Positions 10,417 through 20,681 of a stretch of 64,000 nucleotides of DNA are shown one piece after another (the stretch's first letter is position 1; every line of letters begins with the position of its first letter). Location: assembly GCA_039815185.1 (NCBI GenBank), contig JBCBZT010000020.1:1-64000 (forward strand). Reading direction: 5' to 3'. This DNA comes from Cyanobacteria bacterium P01_A01_bin.123 (GTDB lineage: Bacteria > Cyanobacteriota > Cyanobacteriia > Phormidesmidales > Phormidesmidaceae). A program made the translations under genes and the position numbers. Below the pieces are notes generated by a model. The model was not told the origin of the DNA, did not search any database, and was given only the letters and a program-made list of their open reading frames with translations.

Positions 10417-12522
10417 ATGACTGCTCAACTCCGTTTCTTAATGTGTGCCCCCCATCACTACGACGTAGACTACGTCATTAACCCCTGGATGGAAGGCAAC
10501 ATCCATAAATCCTCTAAGGATAATGCGGCAGAACAATGGCAACAGCTCTACCAAATCGTTGCCGAACACGCTGCCGTAGACTTGGTCAAACCCCAACCCG
10601 GATGGCCCGATATGGTATTTACCGCCAACGCCGGGTTGGTTTTGGGTAAAACCGTGGTGCTGAGCCGCTTCTTTCATAAGGAGCGCCAGGGTGAAGAACC
10701 CCACTTCAAAGCTTGGTTCGAAGAACAAGGGTTTACAGTCCACGAGCTGCCCCAAGATTTACCCTTTGAAGGGGCAGGCGATGCCCTATTAGATCGCGAA
10801 GGACGCTGGCTGTGGGCTGGGTACGGGTTTCGCACGGAGCTAGACGCCCATCCCGAGGTGTCGAAATGGCTCGATATCGAAGTCCTGTCCCTACGTTTGA
10901 TGGACGAGCGGTTTTATCACCTCGATACCTGCTTTTGTCCCCTGACCGACGGATACTTGCTTTACTATCCCCCCGCCTTTGACGCTTATTCCAATCGGTT
11001 GATTGAAATGCGGGTCGCCCCTGAAAAGCTCATTGCTATTGATGAAGCCGATGCGGTGACCTTTGCCTGTAACGCGGTCAATATCGATCGCGTGGTGATT
11101 TTGAACCAGGCTAGCGCCGCGTTGCGAAAACGGCTAGAGCAGCTCAACTTCCAGGTGATTGAAACGCCATTGACCGAATTTCTCAAGGCTGGGGGCGCTT
11201 CTAAATGTTTGACATTGCGCGTGACTGAACCTGTCCAGGTGGCAGTCCACGCTGAAGCGTCGGTGGAAAGCCGCACGGTCAATTTGGAAGGGCATTTGCT
11301 CGATTCGGGTTTGATTAACAGTGCTTTGGATTTAATCGTCGAAGGGGGTGGCAGCTTCCAAGTACTGTCATTTGACCTGGGCAAACAACGCCAGAGCACC
11401 TCAACTGCCAACATTAAGGTGAGTGCCCCCAGCCACGACGTGATGGAAAAAATCATGTCTCAACTGATTGAGGTAGGGGCACTGGCAATTCCCCAAGAAG
11501 TGTGCGACGCCCAGCTGCAGCGGGTAGAAAAAGCGGGCGTTGCCCCAGGAGATTTTTACTGCACGACGATTTATCCCACAGAAGTGCGGGTAAATTGCCA
11601 GTGGATCCGGGTGCAAAACCAGCGGATGGATGGCGTGATTGTGGTTGATCCGGGTACTAATGGCACCGCGACTGCCCAGTGCAAGCTGCTGCGCGATTTG
11701 CAGGTCAACGATCAGGTCGTGGTGGATGTGGAAGGCATCCGCACCGTGCGTAAACCCGAAAGTCGTGAAGGCCGCAGCCAAGAATTTAGCTTTATGGGAG
11801 CTGGGGTTTCTAGCGAACGTCGAGTCGAACTAGTGGTCGAGCAAATTGGCTGGGAACTACGTAAGCTGCGCGATCAGGGGGGCAAAGTGGTCGTCGTGGC
11901 TGGCCCCGTGGTGATTCATACCGGGGGCAGCGAGCACCTGACCCATTTGATTCGGGAAGGCTACATTCAAGGCTTGTTGGGCGGCAACGCGATCGCGGTG
12001 CATGATATCGAACAGGCGCTGCTAGGAACCTCCCTCGGCGTAGACATGAAACAAGGCGTCTCCGTACGCGGGGGCCACCGCCATCACCTAAAGGCGATCA
12101 ACACCATTCGCGGTTGCGGCAGTATTCAAGCGGCGGTCGAGCAAGGGGTGCTGACCCAAGGCATTTTCTATGAATGCGTCAAGCACGGTGTGCCGTTTTC
12201 CCTAGCGGGCTCCATCCGGGACGATGGCCCCTTACCCGATACCCTGATGGATTTGGTCGAGGCTCAGGCTGACTATGCTCGACTGGTGAAAGGGGCAGAC
12301 ATGATTTTGATGCTCTCTACCATGCTGCATTCCATCGGGGTGGGCAATATGACCCCCGCAGGCGTCAAGATGGTGTGCGTCGATATTAACCCGGCGGTGG
12401 TCACAAAGCTGAGCGATCGCGGATCGGTTGAATCCACCGGGGTGGTGACCGATGTGGGCTTATTTTTAAGCCTGCTGGTCAAACAGCTAGAACGGTTGAA
12501 TACCCCCTACGCGATCGCCTAG
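10417..12522 (+). CDS. argZ: Arginine dihydrolase / ornithine cyclodeaminase ArgZ (AgrE), TIGR00300 family
   Basis: N-terminal amidinotransferase fold (YVINPWM, DMVFTANAG, FEGAGD, YHLDTCF, KAGGASKCL), LOR/SDH-like middle part (GHLLDSG) and C-terminal LAGSIRDDGPLP; 701 aa. Confidence 0.92.
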   Translation: MTAQLRFLMCAPHHYDVDYVINPWMEGNIHKSSKDNAAEQWQQLYQIVAEHAAVDLVKPQPGWPDMVFTANAGLVLGKTVVLSRFFHKERQGEEPHFKAWFEEQGFTVHELPQDLPFEGAGDALLDREGRWLWAGYGFRTELDAHPEVSKWLDIEVLSLRLMDERFYHLDTCFCPLTDGYLLYYPPAFDAYSNRLIEMRVAPEKLIAIDEADAVTFACNAVNIDRVVILNQASAALRKRLEQLNFQVIETPLTEFLKAGGASKCLTLRVTEPVQVAVHAEASVESRTVNLEGHLLDSGLINSALDLIVEGGGSFQVLSFDLGKQRQSTSTANIKVSAPSHDVMEKIMSQLIEVGALAIPQEVCDAQLQRVEKAGVAPGDFYCTTIYPTEVRVNCQWIRVQNQRMDGVIVVDPGTNGTATAQCKLLRDLQVNDQVVVDVEGIRTVRKPESREGRSQEFSFMGAGVSSERRVELVVEQIGWELRKLRDQGGKVVVVAGPVVIHTGGSEHLTHLIREGYIQGLLGGNAIAVHDIEQALLGTSLGVDMKQGVSVRGGHRHHLKAINTIRGCGSIQAAVEQGVLTQGIFYECVKHGVPFSLAGSIRDDGPLPDTLMDLVEAQADYARLVKGADMILMLSTMLHSIGVGNMTPAGVKMVCVDINPAVVTKLSDRGSVESTGVVTDVGLFLSLLVKQLERLNTPYAIA

Positions 12523-12678
12523 TTTGGGCTTCTTGATCAGGATGCTTGCATGGAATTCTCTGGGTCGAATACTAAGTAGCTGACTGTGACCAAGGTTTAA
12601 ATTATTCCGATTCCTGCAACTTCATAGCCCTGAAAACTCTAGAATCTGGAGCATTGTCGTGATCCAAGGCGGTGTTCC

Positions 12679-14784
12679 ATGTCCGGTTCTGTGAGCCAAC
12701 GCAACGGCGTTTTCGACGAAGCTGTATTTACTCGTCCAGGTGCAGATGAGTCTCTGCGCTGTTCTATCTTGGTCGTGGGCGGATCAACGGCAGCCTATAG
12801 TGCCGCCTTAACCGCGCTCAAACTCAATTTAGACGTGTGCTTGGTTCAACCCCAAAAGGTGGTCGGGGGCCAGTACACTGCCCAAGCTTTACCTGCCTCC
12901 GACGACAGCGCTTTGCTCAAGCGCCGCCGCCCTTTGGCCCCCGAAGATGGAGAAAAGTTTGCCATTTCTCGGGCACAAAAGACCTTTCGCGATCGCCAAC
13001 GACAGCTTCAACCCATAGCTGGACGGACAATTGCTAATCCGGGGGGCGGTTGGGTCAGCACCTTTGCCGTCACCCCTGTGGTGGCCGCAAAGGCTCTCAA
13101 CGAGGCCCTAGAGCCCTATTTGGCAAACGGTAAGCTGACGTTGATTGCCGATACAGCACCAATTGAAGTGCTGTTTGAGGATGCGCCAGAACCGCGTCGA
13201 CAAGTGAGTGGGGTGGTATTTCAAGACAACTCACGACAGGTGAACTTTACGGTAACCGCCCAGGTGACGATTGAAGCGACGGATTTGGGCGATCTGCTAG
13301 AAGTGGGTGAAATTCCATCACGGGTCGGTCAAGAAGCGCGATCGGATACGGGCGAGGCGCTGCTGCCTGAAGACGCACGCCCCCAGTGTCAGCAGTCGAT
13401 TACCTTTGATGCCGTGGTGGAATACACGCCCCTGGGCAAGGGCGTTGATATTGGCGCACCGCCAGGGTATAACCAGACTCCCTGGTTACAAACCCAAGAA
13501 TTTACGGCAGACTTTTGGACTCGCAGCATTAACAGTCCCTGGCGCAAGTGGAACTTCTTTAGCGCCTTTGGGATTTTTCGCTATCGTCGTTTGCAGCGAC
13601 AAAAACTGGCGGAAAAGACGGTGACGCCAGGGGATGTGGCCGTGATCAACTGGGGAACATCTCAAACGCCCGATCGACCCTTTTGCTGTGGCAATGACTA
13701 TCGTCCGGGTCGGTTGGTGGGCGTCAGTCGAGAAGAACGACAACAGCATATTGATCGCGCCCGCGATCGCACCCAAGCCTATCTCCACTTTTTGCAAACT
13801 CAGGATAGTAACCAACTCAAACCCCGGGGGGATCTGACCTGGACCCAAGACGGCATTGCCCTCGAACCTTATATTCGTGAAGCCCGACGGGGCATCGCCC
13901 TAAGCACAATTCGCCACGAAGACGTGGCCGAGAGCTTTTTTCCTAACCAAGCCAGGGCGCGCACATTCCACGACACGGTAGGCATCGGCCAATATCACTA
14001 TCTCGATCTCCACGGCAACGCCGAAGCGGGACATATCACCCCGAAAGGCAAAGACGTGATTGCCCTGCCCTTTACGATTCCCCTAGGCGCACTGGTACCG
14101 CTGAAAACAGACGGATTAATTCTCTCGGCCAAAAGTTTAGGGACAACCCACATTACCAATGCGGCCTATCGAATGCATCCAGCAGAGTGGGCCATTGGTG
14201 AAGCCAGCGGCATGTTGGCTGCGCTCACCATCTGGCATGATTTACCCCCGCGCGAGTTAGCCACCGAAGTAGCCCACATCCGCAAACTCCAGGGCTATCT
14301 CACCCGCAACGGTATCCCCATCTTTTGGTTTGACGATGTTGCCCACGATGATCCTGACTTCGAACCGATTCAGGTAATGGCGGCAGCTGGCATCATTCGC
14401 AGCGAAAATAACGCGAATCTACACTTCCGTCCCCAAGCACCTGTTAATCGAGCGGTGGTGTGTACGGCACTGGTTCACTTGTTGAACTTAGACCCCAAAG
14501 TGCCTGCTGTACCGACCTTTCGAGACGTCCGTCCAGGCGCTCACTGGGCCTATGCGACCATCGAAACCCTGCATAGCTATGGCATGGTGGCGGGGATGAC
14601 CAACGGTAACTTTGCCCCCAATGCCTCAATGACTCGACAGCATCTCTCATTTTTATTGAAAAAAGCGGTTCCAGAAGCGGTTGACGATGCCTTTGCAAAT
14701 ACACCAGCAAATCGGCAACTACTTAAACGACGGGAATTGTCGCGGGTGTTATATGTAGTTTTGAAGCGACGTTTAAGAATTTAA
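12679..14784 (+). CDS. FAD-dependent oxidoreductase with C-terminal SLH-like repeats
   Basis: ILVVGGS, IEATDLGDL, PYIREARR, IPLGALVP, YRMHPAEW; SLH-like FDDV..FRPQAPVNRA and FRDV..HWA..FAPNASMTR. Confidence 0.85.
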   Translation: MSGSVSQRNGVFDEAVFTRPGADESLRCSILVVGGSTAAYSAALTALKLNLDVCLVQPQKVVGGQYTAQALPASDDSALLKRRRPLAPEDGEKFAISRAQKTFRDRQRQLQPIAGRTIANPGGGWVSTFAVTPVVAAKALNEALEPYLANGKLTLIADTAPIEVLFEDAPEPRRQVSGVVFQDNSRQVNFTVTAQVTIEATDLGDLLEVGEIPSRVGQEARSDTGEALLPEDARPQCQQSITFDAVVEYTPLGKGVDIGAPPGYNQTPWLQTQEFTADFWTRSINSPWRKWNFFSAFGIFRYRRLQRQKLAEKTVTPGDVAVINWGTSQTPDRPFCCGNDYRPGRLVGVSREERQQHIDRARDRTQAYLHFLQTQDSNQLKPRGDLTWTQDGIALEPYIREARRGIALSTIRHEDVAESFFPNQARARTFHDTVGIGQYHYLDLHGNAEAGHITPKGKDVIALPFTIPLGALVPLKTDGLILSAKSLGTTHITNAAYRMHPAEWAIGEASGMLAALTIWHDLPPRELATEVAHIRKLQGYLTRNGIPIFWFDDVAHDDPDFEPIQVMAAAGIIRSENNANLHFRPQAPVNRAVVCTALVHLLNLDPKVPAVPTFRDVRPGAHWAYATIETLHSYGMVAGMTNGNFAPNASMTRQHLSFLLKKAVPEAVDDAFANTPANRQLLKRRELSRVLYVVLKRRLRI

Positions 14785-14839
14785 AGATAGTTCTGAATAC
14801 TATTAATGTAAGCAATGATGCCTATCCCAGAGTAATCTG

Positions 14840-17581
14840 ATGAGCCAACCTCCATCATTTAGCAACAAATTCACCGACGTTCTAATCAAGCTTTTGTTTG
14901 CAGGTAGTGGTGGGTATGCACTTTATTCCTTGTACACAGATGATATGCCAAAGGCTGCTATTTCAGCCTTAGTATCTGCTGGGGCAGCCCTAATGACAAG
15001 CTTTGGGCAAGGTCTGATGGGGCAACTGACCGACAGTATGAAGTCGCGGGGTGAGCAAACTGGAAAGCTCGTCGATGAAGCGTTGAATACAACGGCTGAT
15101 ATTGCCTGGGCAAAACTGTCTGGATTTCACAAGCAGTATCTGGAAGCCTTGAAAGCTCAGTGCTATGCAGTTGAGATTGAAGGCTTTCAAGATTTGCCTG
15201 CATTGGCTTTAGAAGAAGTTTTTGTCCCGTTGCGGATCGAGTCCGATCAGAATCGATTTGGGCGTACCACAGGCCCGCAGGAAATTTGGGACTTTCTACC
15301 TCAAAGAGATCAAACACCCGAACAGTTTCCCCATCGACGGATGGTGATCCTAGCAGCTCCGGGATATGGGAAAACAACGCTGATGCGACATTTGACGCTG
15401 ATGTTTGTCAGTCATCCGCCAGCAAATAAGCCTCAATTCATACCAATTCTGCTGCAGTTTCGGGAGATTTATACCTTGATGAGCATTGCGGACGCAATAG
15501 AGTCCTCGGATTCCTTAGATTTGCCAGAGCTGGTCACTCGTCATCTAAGCCTTCAACCTGAATTTAAGAATCTGCAGCCCTCTAAAAACTGGTTCACCGA
15601 ACAGCTCAAGCAAGGGAACTGTCTGGTAATGCTAGACGGACTTGATGAAGTACCGAAAAGTCAACGTCGATCCGTCCGACAGTGGGTTGACTGGCAGATG
15701 AGATTCTATGAAAGGACCCAATTCATACTCACCTCACGTCCTCATGGCTTTGAGTTACAGCCAGATGATCCTAGCTATCCAATCAAGGTCAATTTAAAGC
15801 TAAAGGTACTGGACTTTAACCCTTATCAAAAGAAGGATTTTGTAGAGAAGTGGTATCGTACTGTATTCTGGCGCATGAAATGGAAACCTCTGTTAGAGCG
15901 TAGTCAGCAAACTATGGAGGGAACACCTCTAATAGAAGAACAAGCAAAGTTCAGAAGTGAGCAAGAGGCTAAGGAAGCCGTAGGGGATTTGGTTCGGCAA
16001 ATCGTCAGTAGTCCAGCACTGAATGATTTAGCGCGAAACCCACTGTTGGTAACAATGATCGCCTCAACCCATCGATCACAGGCTGTGTTGCCTAAACGGC
16101 GAGTAGAGCTTTACGATAAAATCTTTGATTTACTGTTGGGGACTCGTCCCTATGTCAAGAAGACTGCCTTAACACTAACATCAACAGAAAACAAAGCAAT
16201 TTTGCAGGTTTTGGCATGGCACTTAGTAAATGCCGAAATTACTCGGTTTAGTCCCCAGCAAGGAAAGAATTGGATTGCCGAAAGTTTTCAGCGGTGTGTA
16301 AAAGATCAGCCCTTCACCACAAATCAATTTTGGGGTGAAATGGCCGACATTGCCGGACTAATAGTGGAAAAGAGACTGGGTTACTTGGAATTTGCCCATC
16401 AGACCTTCCAAGAATATTTGGCAGCTCGACACTTACGAGAAATAGCTTTGGAAGGCGAAGCAAAACTCAGAGCTAATCTAACTAATGATCGCTGGCAAGA
16501 AGTCATCCGCTTCTATGCAGCATTGGGAGATGCCACAATAATCATAGATGCTCTTTTAGAACAACCTAGCGAGTATACTTTATCCCTCGCAAAAAAATGT
16601 ATGGATGAAGGGCGAGGTGTTAAGTTCGAGACTCTTTCAAAACTTCAAAAAATTCTAGAAAGAGCCCCCTTTAAATCTGAGAGTTTAGCGTCTGAGATAT
16701 CTCTAGAACTGTGGTTTCATCAGCTTAAGAAGACTGATGATAACGTGTCAATTAATGCAAGCTTAGTTACATGGAATGAGTATCAGCTATTTTTAAAGGC
16801 TCAACGAGACAATCTCTTTCATTCAACTGCTTCAGCCAATTCCAACCTGATTTACAAAGATGCAGATAACATTTTGAGAGGTCTTAGCTGGAAAGATGCA
16901 AGATGGTTTTGTGCTTGGTTGAGTACACAGGCAAATTTACAAAAAGACAACAAAGTTTTTAATTATCGGTTGCCAACCAGGCAAGAATTGGAGCAGTTAC
17001 CCGCAGCACTTCGTAGTAAGAAGCCGTGGACAACTAATCCTAATGTTTCAGGGAATGCATTGCTAGTCGTTCGAGAGGAATTGCCCCAGCGTTATAAAGC
17101 GCTAGTAAACTATCTGGCAAATGGTCTATGGAAAGGAGCTGATTCTAACACTTCCCAAGTTATGGTAAAACTGGCTGGCGGTAGCCTAACACGTAAAGCG
17201 TTGCGAGAATTTCCTTGCAAGGATTTGCAGATAATTGACCAGCTCTGGGTGAAATTTAGTGGCGGTAGGTTTGGCTTTAGTGTGCAGAAACAAATTTATA
17301 TAGAAACCGGAAATTCTCTAGATGTGGAATATCGTTTTGGAACATTCAAGAATTTTTGCGATTACAACGGTTGGAATTGGCTCGCACAGGGCAATTATTT
17401 AGACAGGCTAGATAGGCAAAAGCATGTAATCTTTAGTATGAATGCGCCCAAGGGGCACCTCCCGTATGATTATGTGGAGCACTACATTGATTTTGGGAAA
17501 GGATTGGGAGAAGGAAGGAGATACTGGGAAGAGATATATAGTAAGGATTTCTTCTCACGCACTCAGACTTGTGAGCTTTAG
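14840..17581 (+). CDS. NACHT NTPase with a degenerate FGE-sulfatase-like segment and a C-terminal GUN4 domain
   Basis: Walker A APGYGKTT, Walker B MLDGLDEV, TSRP, NPLL, FAHQTFQEYLAA; GUN4 motifs FPCKDLQIIDQLWVKFSGGRFGFSVQK and APKGHLP. Confidence 0.88.
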   Translation: MSQPPSFSNKFTDVLIKLLFAGSGGYALYSLYTDDMPKAAISALVSAGAALMTSFGQGLMGQLTDSMKSRGEQTGKLVDEALNTTADIAWAKLSGFHKQYLEALKAQCYAVEIEGFQDLPALALEEVFVPLRIESDQNRFGRTTGPQEIWDFLPQRDQTPEQFPHRRMVILAAPGYGKTTLMRHLTLMFVSHPPANKPQFIPILLQFREIYTLMSIADAIESSDSLDLPELVTRHLSLQPEFKNLQPSKNWFTEQLKQGNCLVMLDGLDEVPKSQRRSVRQWVDWQMRFYERTQFILTSRPHGFELQPDDPSYPIKVNLKLKVLDFNPYQKKDFVEKWYRTVFWRMKWKPLLERSQQTMEGTPLIEEQAKFRSEQEAKEAVGDLVRQIVSSPALNDLARNPLLVTMIASTHRSQAVLPKRRVELYDKIFDLLLGTRPYVKKTALTLTSTENKAILQVLAWHLVNAEITRFSPQQGKNWIAESFQRCVKDQPFTTNQFWGEMADIAGLIVEKRLGYLEFAHQTFQEYLAARHLREIALEGEAKLRANLTNDRWQEVIRFYAALGDATIIIDALLEQPSEYTLSLAKKCMDEGRGVKFETLSKLQKILERAPFKSESLASEISLELWFHQLKKTDDNVSINASLVTWNEYQLFLKAQRDNLFHSTASANSNLIYKDADNILRGLSWKDARWFCAWLSTQANLQKDNKVFNYRLPTRQELEQLPAALRSKKPWTTNPNVSGNALLVVREELPQRYKALVNYLANGLWKGADSNTSQVMVKLAGGSLTRKALREFPCKDLQIIDQLWVKFSGGRFGFSVQKQIYIETGNSLDVEYRFGTFKNFCDYNGWNWLAQGNYLDRLDRQKHVIFSMNAPKGHLPYDYVEHYIDFGKGLGEGRRYWEEIYSKDFFSRTQTCEL

Positions 17582-17646
17582 CAAATTTTTTTCTAAAAAA
17601 TCAACTCGTTCATAAGTTTCGTTTCCAGATTATCCTCATACAGTTC

Positions 17647-17805
17647 GGGAGCATCCCGAATGTGTAAATAGGCAGATAATAGGGTGAATCTCGTCTGCTA
17701 AGGAGTCAACCCGATGGATCTCAAAAGGAAGCTCGCCTCAAAGCCTGTTTACAAGAAGTAGCTGAAATCCTTTATGACGAGAGTGCACCAGCTGCAATTC
17801 AACCT
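17647..17805 (+). mobile_element. Probable left-end remnant of an ISKra4-family element
   Basis: GGGAGCATCCC end-like sequence, AGGAG plus ATG at 17714, then frameshifted QKEARLKACLQEVAEILYDES, which resembles the N-terminus of cyanobacterial ISKra4 transposases (recalled, not searched). Confidence 0.5.
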
Positions 17806-17911
17806 ACATTCCGCAGGTTGACAATTAATTAGTCGTCCCAGAAAAACCCTCAGTATCAAGCTGGGACTGGGACAACTAAGTACAGAATCATATCAAACTC
17901 GATAGACAACC

Positions 17912-18535
17912 CTATTGAATCTTCAATGTCCCCCGATAGGCCTTGATCGCCCGGGTTTGATTGGGGCTATCTACAAAACTAGATAGTAGGGCTAAATCTA
18001 GCTGAGGCAAGATTTGGCTCCTTGGCAATGCCTCGTAACCCGTTGCAATATCAACCAAGCCATAGAGGCGTAGCCGTTGGTCTTCCCAAAACCAGACTTC
18101 CTTAACCCCTAAACCTTGGTAAACCTTGAGCTTATCAACACCACCACTAGTCAAGACAATTTCTAAAGCAATATCAGGAACTTCGTGAAGCTGGCCTAAG
18201 CAGTAACACTCATCAGGTTCTAAGCCACGGGCAGCCGCTTCTTTGCGGAAGGTGGCAGAGCCGTATCCATTGAGATCAAGGTCTGCTTCCTCAGCAAAGG
18301 CTTCAATCAGGCGGGCAATGATTTTTTTCAGGCGTTCATGTTCTGGAGAGGTGGTCATGAGTTCAAGGGTGCCCTCCAGATAGGTCATCCGCAATGCTGG
18401 AAACTGGTTGGTGAATAGCACCACTAAGGCGTCGTACTGTTGCCAGGTAACGCCTTCTAGTACCAGCCGCTGTTCATCAGCAGGCAGGTGATTAAGGATA
18501 TCGATCGGGGATGCCGTCATAACTGTTGTCAACAC
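17912..18535 (-). CDS. Uma2-family endonuclease-like protein
   Basis: GVTWQQY, RMTYLEGTLELM, GLEPDECY, PDIALEI, LGVKEVW. Confidence 0.9.
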   Translation of the reverse strand: MLTTVMTASPIDILNHLPADEQRLVLEGVTWQQYDALVVLFTNQFPALRMTYLEGTLELMTTSPEHERLKKIIARLIEAFAEEADLDLNGYGSATFRKEAAARGLEPDECYCLGQLHEVPDIALEIVLTSGGVDKLKVYQGLGVKEVWFWEDQRLRLYGLVDIATGYEALPRSQILPQLDLALLSSFVDSPNQTRAIKAYRGTLKIQ

Positions 18536-18649
18536 CTCATGCCTTTCATCATTGTGCGCAGCGCCAGCCTCTAGCGCAAGTTTGGGGGCAACAGCAATGG
18601 AGGCATGTTAGTCATGGGAGATTTCTCTCTAAAAAAAGCGTGAGTTCAG

Positions 18650-19357
18650 TTAATGTGCAGTCGTACTCAACTCGGGTTGTTTAGATAAACGTCCATCTTC
18701 CATGTAGATAATCCGATCAGCGATGTCTAAAATGCGGTTATCGTGGGTCACCAACAAAATGGTGCACTGCTGCTGCTTTGCTAAGTCGTGCATAATATCG
18801 ACGACATCTCGTCCCGATTTTTTATCAAGAGCAGCGGTAGGTTCATCAGCCAGCACAATTTTAGGGCGGCTAGCCAGTGCACGGGCGATCGCGACCCGCT
18901 GCTTTTGCCCGCCGGATAGATTTGCCGGGTAGTAATTAATTCGTTCTTCCAAACCGACCTTCGTCAGCATTTCGGCAGCCCGACGATGGCGCTCTGGCTT
19001 TGAGAAGTTGCCTTGCACTTCTAACCCCATTTGCACATTTTCAAGGGCTGTTAAGCTGCCGTGCAGATTGTGGGCCTGAAATATGTAGCCATTATGTCGC
19101 CGTGCCTGCACTAAGCCATCCTGGCTCGCTTGACAAAGCTCTTGTCCCAAGACTTTCAAGCTACCCGACTGAGTCGAACGCAAGCCACCCATCAGGGTCA
19201 ACAGGGTCGTCTTTCCAGAACCAGAAGGCCCAGTCATGATCACAATTTCGCCAGCAAAAATCTCTAAGTTTATATCAAACAACACTTGTTTTTTGAGTTG
19301 TCCTGATCCAAAGAAATGATCAACTTGGTGAACGGCAATTACGGGTTCTTGAAGCAT
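18650..19357 (-). CDS. devA: DevA-family ABC exporter ATP-binding subunit
   Basis: GPSGSGKTT, LSGGQKQRVAIARAL, LADEPTAALD; operon context; start at MLQEPVI. Confidence 0.9.
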   Translation of the reverse strand: MLQEPVIAVHQVDHFFGSGQLKKQVLFDINLEIFAGEIVIMTGPSGSGKTTLLTLMGGLRSTQSGSLKVLGQELCQASQDGLVQARRHNGYIFQAHNLHGSLTALENVQMGLEVQGNFSKPERHRRAAEMLTKVGLEERINYYPANLSGGQKQRVAIARALASRPKIVLADEPTAALDKKSGRDVVDIMHDLAKQQQCTILLVTHDNRILDIADRIIYMEDGRLSKQPELSTTAH

Positions 19358-19460
19358 AGGTGATGGGAGTATGGAGAGCGAGGGATTGTCAATAGTAAAT
19401 GATGGATTCAGCAGCCACAAACAATCCACTAATAACCCATCATTAATGACCAATAACGCA

Positions 19461-20648
19461 TTAAGAAAAGATATCAGCCGGATCTGCAGCTTGCAGTCTA
19501 CGGGTCGCGATCGCGCCGGAACCCCCACACATAATAAAGGTCAGGAAAAGGACAACAAATGCCCGACTAATCGGCATAGCTAAGGGCAATGCGGTAGCTG
19601 CTGCCGTGAGCTGGTAGGCACCCAAAGCAATTACCAGACCGGGCAAAAAGCCCAGCAAAGATAAAATTAGCGCTTCTTCGAAAATTACACCTAATAAATA
19701 AGAATTGCGATAGCCCATGGCCTTAAAGGTGGCATACTCTGCCAGATGGCTATTAACATCGGTTGAAAGCACCTGGTAGACGATCACCACGCCTACAATA
19801 AAGCCCATTGCTGTACCCAGACCAAAGACAAAACCGATGGGTGATTCAGACTGGATCTCATTCAGCTCGAAGGCAATGTAGCCCTCATGGGTCAGCACTT
19901 GCACATCATTGGGCAGTCGAGCTGCTAGGGCGGTTCTCACGTCTTCTAGATCAGCCTCTGGATCTAGATTAATCAGCCCCAGGCTGACGGCTCCAGCATC
20001 GCGTCTGCTAAAAAACCGTAAAAAGTTCTGATCACTTGTCACTAAGGCGCCATCATCGGCAAAGGATGCACCCACCTCAAACAGTCCGGCTACGGTCACT
20101 GTCCGTGTGCCAATTTCTGTCGTCGCGAATTCTCCTTGCTCAACTTTGGCAATCATGTCTTGATAATCGCCTCGCGATGCCTTGTCAAACAAAACCGTAT
20201 CTGGCAAATGGATGGCGTCTAGCCGCTGGTTGACCTCCGGTAGTGTAAAAGCGGGTTGATCAGGGTTTTGACCAATCATCATCATTGAGGTTTCTTTGCG
20301 GGTTTGGGGGTTTCTCCATTCGGCTGAACCAACGTACAGCGCATCAGCCGAGACAACACCCGGTACATCTTGAGCTTGAAACAGTCGCCGCCGGGTAAAC
20401 GTACGCAATTGCCCAAAATTCTTTGCTTGGGTGCTGATCAGCACGAGGTCTGCTTGCAAGGCTCGGGGATATTGAGTATTGCTTTTATAAAGCGCATCGG
20501 AAAACCCGAGCTGCATAAAAATTAGAATGTCAGCAAACGTGATGCCTGCGATCGCGGTCAACAACCGAACTGGATCATGTTTAAGCTGAAGCAGCCCAAG
20601 CGGTGTTCGATCTTGCAGTGTTTTGAGCGTTTTAAACAAACCCAACAT
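19461..20648 (-). CDS. devC: DevC-family ABC exporter permease
   Basis: AIAGITFADILIFMQLGF, IVYQVLSTDV..HLAEYATFKAMGY, C-terminal ADPADIF. Confidence 0.92.
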   Translation of the reverse strand: MLGLFKTLKTLQDRTPLGLLQLKHDPVRLLTAIAGITFADILIFMQLGFSDALYKSNTQYPRALQADLVLISTQAKNFGQLRTFTRRRLFQAQDVPGVVSADALYVGSAEWRNPQTRKETSMMMIGQNPDQPAFTLPEVNQRLDAIHLPDTVLFDKASRGDYQDMIAKVEQGEFATTEIGTRTVTVAGLFEVGASFADDGALVTSDQNFLRFFSRRDAGAVSLGLINLDPEADLEDVRTALAARLPNDVQVLTHEGYIAFELNEIQSESPIGFVFGLGTAMGFIVGVVIVYQVLSTDVNSHLAEYATFKAMGYRNSYLLGVIFEEALILSLLGFLPGLVIALGAYQLTAAATALPLAMPISRAFVVLFLTFIMCGGSGAIATRRLQAADPADIFS

Positions 20649-20681
20649 GGCAGTGATTCCTAAACTCCTAATTAATCGGTA

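Noticed and set aside
19358..19528. N-terminal extension of devA in the ORF track
   Set aside because: It overlaps devC and low-complexity intergenic sequence; the ABC domain starts at MLQEPVI (19357)
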